Positions 57,177 through 64,000 of a stretch of 64,000 nucleotides of DNA are shown in pieces. The notes beneath the pieces were generated by a model. The model was not told where the DNA came from and did not search any database. It saw nothing but the letters and a program-made list of their open reading frames with translations. Origin of the DNA: an uncultured Rhodopirellula sp. (GTDB taxonomy: Bacteria; Planctomycetota; Planctomycetia; Pirellulales; Pirellulaceae); assembly GCA_964007735.1 (NCBI GenBank), contig CAXGAI010000005.1:62001-126000 (forward strand), read 5' to 3'. The first letter of the stretch is position 1, and each line of letters opens with the position of its first letter. Both the position numbers and the translations under genes were made by a program.

Positions 57177-58405
57177 CTGAATAGTTGGATCGCTTTATCG
57201 ATTGCCTGAACAAGTCTGTCGACGTCACTACGAGTGTTATAGAGATAGAAGCTTGCTCGAGCACTTGCTGGAATACACAGTCGATTGTGGAGTGGCATGG
57301 CACAGTGGTGACCGGCCCGAATCGCCACTCCTTGATTATCCAATGCATGTGTTAAGTCGTGAGGGTGCAGCTTTTCAATCGTGAAGCTCACAACTCCAGC
57401 TTTGTCTGCCGGAGGAGGCCCTAAAATGTTAACTTTCCCTAAGGCACCTAGCTGTTCATGAGCATAGGACACCAACTCATGTTCATGTTGCTGGATGTTT
57501 TCCATCCCCACTTGCCTGAGATATTCGATACATGCTGGCAATGCCAGAACGGGGGAAATGGCCGGCGTTCCCGCTTCGAATTTCGCAGGCAAACCGGCCG
57601 TGGTAAATCCTTCTTCCGAGACGATATTAATCATCGACCCGCCCCCTAAGAATGGTGGCATAGCTTCGAGCAACGCTTCTTTCCCACAGAGGATACCCAC
57701 GCCGGAAGGGCCAAGCATTTTATGAGCACTGAAGGCCATGAAGTCAGCGTCTAGATCGATGAAATTAAGGGTCTGATGAGGAGCTGCTTGGGCGGCATCC
57801 AGGACAACGATTGCTTCTGCAGCATGGGCTAATTCAGTAATGCGTTTAACGGGAGTGTAGGTCCCGAGCACGTTAGAAGCCATGGTGCACGCAACGACTT
57901 TGGTCCGCTTCGATAACAGATTCTCAAATTCATCCAGATTCAAATATCCATCATCGGTGATGTCACACCACTTGATGATGGCGCCTGTTCGTTGTGCTAA
58001 TTGTTGCCAGGGTACGATGTTCGAATGGTGCTCGAACCGCGTAAGCAGAATTTCGTCACCTTCCTGAACGTTAGCGTCACCCCAGCTTCGAGCCACGATG
58101 TTTATCGCGCCGGTTGCCCCGGTGGTAAAAACGACCTCACGTGAGTTGGCGACATTGATAAATTCACCTACCGCATCTCGTGATTCTTCGAATCTCGCTG
58201 TGCTCTCGTCGCTTAGCCAGTGTGCACCACGATGAACATTGGCGTATATGGTGCTGTCGATGTTGCTTAATGCATCGATGACAGACTGAGGCTTTTGAGA
58301 GGATGCAGCATTATCCAGATACACCAAAGGCACATTGTTATGTACGGTTTGCTGTAAGATAGGGAAGTCGGATTTTAGTTGAGCTGCATCAAGCATAGTC
58401 GGCAT
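57173..58405 (-). CDS. sufS: Cysteine desulfurase, SufS group II
   Basis: YLDNAASSQKP, NVHRG, EHHSN, SAHKMLGP, RAGHHCA, RASFYLYN. Confidence 0.93.
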   Translation of the reverse strand: MPTMLDAAQLKSDFPILQQTVHNNVPLVYLDNAASSQKPQSVIDALSNIDSTIYANVHRGAHWLSDESTARFEESRDAVGEFINVANSREVVFTTGATGAINIVARSWGDANVQEGDEILLTRFEHHSNIVPWQQLAQRTGAIIKWCDITDDGYLNLDEFENLLSKRTKVVACTMASNVLGTYTPVKRITELAHAAEAIVVLDAAQAAPHQTLNFIDLDADFMAFSAHKMLGPSGVGILCGKEALLEAMPPFLGGGSMINIVSEEGFTTAGLPAKFEAGTPAISPVLALPACIEYLRQVGMENIQQHEHELVSYAHEQLGALGKVNILGPPPADKAGVVSFTIEKLHPHDLTHALDNQGVAIRAGHHCAMPLHNRLCIPASARASFYLYNTRSDVDRLVQAIDKAIQLFS

Positions 58406-58461
58406 CTAAAGACAGTGTGATATCTCTTATTTTACGCAGGGAAGGTTAATTCATAAATGGC

Positions 58462-59415
58462 CTAACTGTTACGCCATAAGACGTTGCGACTAATAGAGAG
58501 GGTTTGTAATAGAGGTTCGATCTCCTTTAGGAATCGCTTGGCATCTTGTGGATATCCCGCCGTCGGTTTGATTTCTGGGATGTGTTGAGCCCACCAATGA
58601 TTGAAAGCTTCCATAGCGAGTTCTCTGGTATATTTGGCATACATTGAGGCCAAAGCTGCCGGCATGAAGCTTTCTCCTTTGGCTACAAAGCGGCAGCGAA
58701 CACGTTGATTCTCAGGTCCCCAGGCATAGCGGCTAATTTCTCGACTCTCTTCGTGAATCTCCACCAGATACTCGGGAAACAACTGCTGTAAGATATGACT
58801 GTACTGATTGCGCCCACCGTGTTTGTCACAATGAATTTGTATTTTTGTGTTGGTAAATTCCTCAGTGATTTGTCGTGCTAATGTAAGGGAGCAATGTGAC
58901 AACAAGGCTCCTTTCGTAGGAAAGCTATCAAGCAATACATTGAAACGATGGGCAGGCAGGCACCAAACCTTTGCTCCTAAAAAGCAAACTGGACTATCAG
59001 CCAGACAATTTGTTGCCAGTTCTTTCAACTCGGTTAGTATTTCTTGGGGCAGGGCACTGGGAAGTGGTTTGTCGTATGTTTGAAACCAGGGAGATGGGGC
59101 GGACCAAACACTCCACTTCACAGCAAATGTCTCCATCCATTGTTGAAACGATGAAATTGGATTCTGAAGAAAAGGAAAGATAGCTCGTTCCAGATTCTTT
59201 AATCCGCCGCGGGGCTTATAGGCTAGTTTCGAATCACCAATCATGATTCGAGTTTTGTCTTTGAGCGTAGTGGTAACTAAATTTTTTAGGAGTGGGTAGA
59301 GATCAAGGTCACTCCTAAACAGTTCGTCAGGAATACTCCAGTATGTTGCTCCGATGCAGAGGGGGCCGAGGAATGGTCCGTATCCTGCTTCGTCAATTCC
59401 AATGAGTAATGCCAT
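58462..59415 (-). CDS. Divergent RNase HII-like nuclease
   Basis: IGIDEAGYGP, GDSK, DKHGGR, ALASMYAK..R, GYP; start set at ATG 59415. Confidence 0.75.
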   Translation of the reverse strand: MALLIGIDEAGYGPFLGPLCIGATYWSIPDELFRSDLDLYPLLKNLVTTTLKDKTRIMIGDSKLAYKPRGGLKNLERAIFPFLQNPISSFQQWMETFAVKWSVWSAPSPWFQTYDKPLPSALPQEILTELKELATNCLADSPVCFLGAKVWCLPAHRFNVLLDSFPTKGALLSHCSLTLARQITEEFTNTKIQIHCDKHGGRNQYSHILQQLFPEYLVEIHEESREISRYAWGPENQRVRCRFVAKGESFMPAALASMYAKYTRELAMEAFNHWWAQHIPEIKPTAGYPQDAKRFLKEIEPLLQTLSISRNVLWRNS

Positions 59416-59509
59416 AGGTGGTTTAATGCTGGGAGAGTTGTCGTTAGTCTCGTGTGTCAGCATCCATTTTAGGTTAAACCGAGTTGGTGGAGAGGGGCCA
59501 TCTCCATGT

Positions 59510-59643
59510 AAAAAAAGCCCGATACAATACGACGACTTTGTAGCTTCCGTGCCACTTAAACCCATCCGTGGTTTACTTGCTTCCCAACAAGAGAGACCCA
59601 GATAATGCGGTTTACTTATTAAATATCGTATTGTATTCGGGCT
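59510..59643 (-). ncRNA. Candidate CsrA-binding structured RNA in the mraZ 3' region
   Basis: 17-bp closing stem plus U7 enclosing three contiguous hairpins with GGGA, ACGGAU and ACGGAA loops. Confidence 0.55.
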
Positions 59644-59657
59644 GGTTGTTTTGTTTG

Positions 59658-60143
59658 CTAATTGCTTAGCTCGTCAAATAGCTCCCTGAATTCGGGCATT
59701 TGTTGATTCAAGTATTCGACCCATCGCTGCGGATGCCACAATTCCACACAAACCGAAGCTCCTACGACGAAAAGAGTACCCCCTGGCTGGACTCCCAGAA
59801 ATTCGCGAAACCCTTCGGGTATGACTAGTCGGCCACGACCAGCGAGTTGGAGCGGTACATGGCGAGTACTGAGCAAGCGTCCCAGTTGAAGTAGTTGGTT
59901 TGTTTGCTGTTCCAGTTTGCCGGCCTTCAATTTGTCGGCCACCCAGGTGATTCCGCGATTGAGGTGCGATTCCCAGGGATCGGCATTCCATAGACTGAGG
60001 CAGCCCGGCCTTTCTTTGGCGAGTATGAGTTTCGAACCCGAGTTTTGAATCTGCTCGGACAATTCCGGTGGAATAGAAAGCCGATATCTCTGATCGAGTG
60101 TGCGTCGATGTTCGCCAATCAAGAGAGTGTCGTGAGAAGACAT
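59658..60143 (-). CDS. mraZ: MraZ-like transcriptional regulator (double SpoVT/AbrB)
   Basis: GE..RTLD.R.RLSIP and GRLVIP..FREF repeats; VG....VELW. Confidence 0.85.
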   Translation of the reverse strand: MSSHDTLLIGEHRRTLDQRYRLSIPPELSEQIQNSGSKLILAKERPGCLSLWNADPWESHLNRGITWVADKLKAGKLEQQTNQLLQLGRLLSTRHVPLQLAGRGRLVIPEGFREFLGVQPGGTLFVVGASVCVELWHPQRWVEYLNQQMPEFRELFDELSN

Positions 60144-60235
60144 TGCGTCGTCTTATTTGCCTCTTTGAGGTAATTGATTCCAATGTAGTCACGATGCCTC
60201 CCTGCACCTTTTGTGTTTAATCGTCGTTCTTTAGG

Positions 60236-60435
60236 GTGGGCGGAAAACCCACGGAAAAGCGAATGATTAAATAAAAGTGGGTAGATAACCCACAAACTGA
60301 GTTTATTGATCTCAGGGAAGAATGCAAGTGTTTTCAGATTAAAAATCAATAAACCCGCTCGTTTTTTGGGGAGGGTAATATTGGGTTGCGATTTCAGAGG
60401 GCTCGCAAAAAGAGAGGCGTGGGCAGAAAACCCAC
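60236..60435. repeat. Three 17-bp GTGGG-YRGAWAA-CCCAC boxes (60236-60252, 60277-60293, 60419-60435)
   Basis: GTGGGCGGAAAACCCAC, GTGGGTAGATAACCCAC, GTGGGCAGAAAACCCAC. Confidence 0.85.
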
Positions 60436-60575
60436 TCCAGAGGGAAATAGTGCATTAGGAGTGCTTTAGTCAAGTTAGTTTTGACTGCTGAGCACTCGCC
60501 AGTCACCTGGAATTGAATTTCGACTCAGGCTAATAAAGAAGTGGTTTCCAAAGGCAGGGATCGAATTCTTGCCTC

Positions 60576-61982
60576 TTAATCGGGAATGACTTTTTTGCGA
60601 CGTAGAATGTGGTGGTAATGCTGGGCGAAGCGGTGGCTTTCATCGCGAATGTATTGCAGAAGTCTCAACGCATACGAGTTGCGAGTGAGCTTTAGTGGTT
60701 GGTCCTCATCAGGTCGATGGATCAATTCTTCCTTCTTAGCAATGGAAAGTAGTACTGGCGGCGTCACATTGATATCTCGAAAGGCTGCGACGGCGGCACT
60801 CAACTGCCCTTTACCACCATCAATCAAGAGGATGTCCGGGAACAATTCGTTTTCATCGGATAATCTCTTGAATCGTCGGCTCACCACTTCATAGATGCTA
60901 CGGAAGTCATCTATTCCGTCGACATCATTAATCCGAAACCTTCGATAGCCCGGTTTGAATGGTAAGCCATCGATGAACTGCACAAGACTGGCAACCGTTT
61001 CGGAGCCTCCAAGGTGAGCTATATCCACCCCCTCGATTGTTCGTGGCTCGATATCAAGTCCGAGTACTTTCTTGAGGCCGGCGATCCCCTTACGAGGGTC
61101 CGTATAGAAGACTTCCGGCTGTTCATGAGTTTCGAGATTTCCGCGGCGATCGAGTGACTCAAGCATCTTTATTTCATCGCGTAGCTTTGCCGCTAATTCA
61201 AAGTGGAGTTCTTGAGAAGCTGTTTGCATCTCTTTCTTCATGCCTTGTAAAAGTCTCGTTTTTTTACCATCGAGAACCATTTGTAGCCGACGAATATCTT
61301 TGGCATAGTCTGCTTTACTGATTTGTAGATTGCAGGGAGCAGAACACTGGTCAATTGCAGCCAGTAAGCACGGACGATACCATTTCCATTTCTCGTCGTT
61401 GGCATCGATATCGAGCGAACAGTTACGGAACTTGAAAATACGTTGCAAAACACTTAAAGCTCCGTTGAGCGATCCGGCACTGGTGAAAGGACCGTAGAGC
61501 CGGACATTTTTGTCCGGAGGTTCCCGCGTCACCTCAACACGTGGATAGTCTTCGCGATTGGTGATCATGATATAGGGGAACGATTTGTCGTCGCGTTGTT
61601 CTTTATTATAGGGCGGCTGAATATCCTTGATGAGTCGGGCTTCGGTTAGCAGAGCATCGACTTCGCTAGCACATTCCATGAAGTCGATGTCATGGATTTC
61701 ATGTAGCCATTTTGAAATCCGTGTGTCATCGATCGAGCGATTTGTGAAATAGCTTCCGGCCCGGCTTCTGAGGTTCTTGGCTTTGCCAATATAGATGACA
61801 CGTCCGACATCATCTTTCATTAGATAGACACCGGAAGTTTTTGGGAAATGGCGTACCTTAATTCCTGCACGTCGCCAACCGGCGTATGCTTCATCGTTCA
61901 GGACACCTTCGTACTGACGTTGGTCTTCCTGATGGTCTGTCGAAGTATCCTGAGGGTCGTGCTGTTGGGTGTCATCACTCAT
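60576..61982 (-). CDS. uvrC: Excinuclease ABC subunit C, short form
   Basis: GIY-YIG (GVY..IYIGKAKNLR), Cys cluster RPCL...CSAPC, UVR motif FE.AAKLRD, IEGVDIAH, DGGKGQ, RDESHRFA. Confidence 0.9.
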   Translation of the reverse strand: MSDDTQQHDPQDTSTDHQEDQRQYEGVLNDEAYAGWRRAGIKVRHFPKTSGVYLMKDDVGRVIYIGKAKNLRSRAGSYFTNRSIDDTRISKWLHEIHDIDFMECASEVDALLTEARLIKDIQPPYNKEQRDDKSFPYIMITNREDYPRVEVTREPPDKNVRLYGPFTSAGSLNGALSVLQRIFKFRNCSLDIDANDEKWKWYRPCLLAAIDQCSAPCNLQISKADYAKDIRRLQMVLDGKKTRLLQGMKKEMQTASQELHFELAAKLRDEIKMLESLDRRGNLETHEQPEVFYTDPRKGIAGLKKVLGLDIEPRTIEGVDIAHLGGSETVASLVQFIDGLPFKPGYRRFRINDVDGIDDFRSIYEVVSRRFKRLSDENELFPDILLIDGGKGQLSAAVAAFRDINVTPPVLLSIAKKEELIHRPDEDQPLKLTRNSYALRLLQYIRDESHRFAQHYHHILRRKKVIPD

Positions 61983-61996
61983 GATCGGTTGCGGTG

Positions 61997-62419
61997 TTAT
62001 TTATTGACCTCCACAAACATCATTCGCAGGTTATGTAAGACACCATTGAGTGCTTCCTCTTCACCTTGATTGAGATTGCCCTTGGTTCGTTCTTGGATAA
62101 TGCCCAACATATCGATATGAAACTTTGCAGCGGACTTGTTTTTGATCACCTGACCGGTTGCAGGGTCTGGGATCATACCCATAGCGAGCATTGCCTGGGT
62201 ATGGTGCTGCATAAGTAGCATGTCGAAGCTGGCTTCCGGGAACTCGACGCTTTCCAGTTCATCAACTTGCTCTTCACTAAGCAGTTCGTCGCTGGTTTCA
62301 GATGAAGCTTGCTCTTCTGAAGTGTCTTCCGCTTCAATTGTTTCGGTATTCTCTCCCGTGGCTTCTTCGATTTGTGTTTCTTCTTCGATTGGTTCAGGTG
62401 CTTCTGGTGTTTCAGACAT
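61997..62419 (-). CDS. DUF1844 domain protein
   Basis: PDP.TG.....A...IDML.....T.GNL..EE..L...L..LR..FV; acidic N-terminus. Confidence 0.8.
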   Translation of the reverse strand: MSETPEAPEPIEEETQIEEATGENTETIEAEDTSEEQASSETSDELLSEEQVDELESVEFPEASFDMLLMQHHTQAMLAMGMIPDPATGQVIKNKSAAKFHIDMLGIIQERTKGNLNQGEEEALNGVLHNLRMMFVEVNK

Positions 62420-62556
62420 ACGTTGGTTTCTCCTGTTTTGTTTACTGAATTCCTAATATATACCAATAGCGCAGAAACGCACGAGGTGCGGAAAGGAATC
62501 GTGAGAACAATTGCTCTAAGAGTATGTGGTGAAGGCTTGGAAGTGTGTCCCCGAGA

Positions 62557-64000
62557 CTATTCGGCAGCATCGAGAAATTCGATTTCCTCTTCCGTTTCCT
62601 GTTCGACTGAAACATCACCACGTGACAGGCGACGTTTGACAGCGGCCTCAATAAATCCTGCGAATAGAGGGTGTGATCGTGTCGGCTTCGACTTGAATTC
62701 CGGGTGGAATTGTACGGCTACAAACCAGGGATGCTCAGGAATCTCTACGATTTCCGGTAATAATCCGTCGGGGCTTGTTCCCGAAACAATCATACCGTTT
62801 GCTGCAAATTGGTTGCGATAAACATGATTGAATTCATAGCGATGACGGTGACGTTCAGCCACTTCGTCCTGTTGATAGCAATTATGAGCTTTACTGTCTG
62901 CGGTGAGCACGCAAGGGTGAGCACCTAATCGCATGGTACCCCCCATGTCAGTAATATTCTTCTGTTCATCCAGAAGACAAATGACCGGATGGGGTGTATT
63001 CTTATCAAATTCGGTTGAGTGTGCGTTCTCTAAACTGACAACGTTTCTACCAAATTCGATACAGGCAGTTTGCATTCCCAGGCAGATTCCAAAGAATGGT
63101 ATCTCACGCTCACGGGCAAATCTAATAGATTGAACTTTTCCTTCAATACCACGTTCACCAAAGCCCCCAGGTACCAGAATTCCATCGTATCCAGAAAGCA
63201 AACGTTCCGGGCCTTCGTGTTCAACTAATTCACTTTGAATTGGCACGATTCTTACTTGAGCCCGATTGTGAATGCCCGCATGGTCCAGAGCTTCGTAAAT
63301 GGACTTGTAGGCATCTTTGTGCTCGGCATATTTACCAACGACCGCGATACTAATTTCCTGTTGAGGGTTACGCAAATCATGGAGTAGTGTTTTCCAGTCG
63401 TCGAGATTGGCTTCAGGGGTACTTAGGTTTAGCCGGGCCGTGATGAGTTCGTCGAGTTGGCGTTCCTTCAGAGCGAGAGGTACTTCGTAAATCGAGAAGT
63501 CCATGTCTTTCTCTTCAATGACAGCTTCCAACGGGACGTTGCAGAACAAGGCAATTTTTTCACAGTCTTCCCGACTGATTTCCTGTTCCGTTCGGCAGAT
63601 CAGAATATCGGGCTGAATACCGATCTCGCGAAGTTGCCCAACGCTGTGTTGAGTTGGTTTCGTTTTTAGTTCACCAGCTGCCTTGAGGTAAGGTACTAAA
63701 GTGAGGTGGATGTAGAGGCAGTTTTCTTTCCCGACATCTTGAGAGAATTGGCGGATGGCTTCCAGAAATGGCTGGCTTTCGATGTCACCGACGGTTCCAC
63801 CAATTTCTGTGATTACAACATCGGTGTCATCATCGACAAGGCGTTTTACAACGTGTTTGATCTCGTTAGTGATATGTGGAATGACTTGGACAGTTTTCCC
63901 TAAAAACTCTCCATGACGCTCTTTCTCGATTACCGACAAATAGATCTGTCCGGTAGTGTAGTTTGAGTCACGTGTTAGCGGGCTATTGGTGAATCGTTCG
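62557..64000 (-). CDS. pyrG: CTP synthase, 5'-partial
   Basis: [47 protein letters not shown]; frame open to window end. Confidence 0.97.
   Translation of the reverse strand, partial: ERFTNSPLTRDSNYTTGQIYLSVIEKERHGEFLGKTVQVIPHITNEIKHVVKRLVDDDTDVVITEIGGTVGDIESQPFLEAIRQFSQDVGKENCLYIHLTLVPYLKAAGELKTKPTQHSVGQLREIGIQPDILICRTEQEISREDCEKIALFCNVPLEAVIEEKDMDFSIYEVPLALKERQLDELITARLNLSTPEANLDDWKTLLHDLRNPQQEISIAVVGKYAEHKDAYKSIYEALDHAGIHNRAQVRIVPIQSELVEHEGPERLLSGYDGILVPGGFGERGIEGKVQSIRFAREREIPFFGICLGMQTACIEFGRNVVSLENAHSTEFDKNTPHPVICLLDEQKNITDMGGTMRLGAHPCVLTADSKAHNCYQQDEVAERHRHRYEFNHVYRNQFAANGMIVSGTSPDGLLPEIVEIPEHPWFVAVQFHPEFKSKPTRSHPLFAGFIEAAVKRRLSRGDVSVEQETEEEIEFLDAAE

Noticed and set aside
59674..60207. 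177-aa alternative-frame ORF over mraZ (has GGGAGG before a GTG)
   Set aside because: Arg/Ser-rich, no recognisable motifs, overlaps a recognisable gene over nearly its whole length; only Ribo-seq could rescue it
60236..60435. CRISPR interpretation of the three 17-bp repeats
   Set aside because: Repeats too short, spacing irregular (24 and 125 bp gaps), no cas genes

Overview
64 kb of a bacterial chromosome that reads as Planctomycetota (Pirellulaceae-like). This is inferred from the DUF1501/DUF1549-DUF1553/cytochrome c-WD40 cluster, a YTV-repeat protein, a PTPMT1-like phosphatase and a CsrA homologue. The window is gene-dense and mostly housekeeping: tmk, holB, ppdK, rex, tRNA-Gln, oppABCDF, rdgB, mtaB, clpS, serS, sufS, uvrC and pyrG. 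It also has a TonB-ExbBD system with two receptors, one under a clear cobalamin riboswitch. I saw no integrase, transposase, prophage or CRISPR array. The most interesting signals are non-coding. (1) The csrA Shine-Dalgarno sits in a C-ACGGAG-G hexaloop hairpin. (2) Directly 3' of a solitary mraZ is a ~130-nt element with three contiguous GGA-loop hairpins inside a 17-bp closing stem ending in U7, a candidate CsrA-sequestering RNA. (3) Three GTGGG-N7-CCCAC boxes lie upstream of the same mraZ. (4) A ~160-nt rod-like fold lies at 7044-7205, and strong stem-loops sit inside the DUF1501 operon. All family assignments come from motif recognition by eye, not database searches, and RNA folds were paired by hand.
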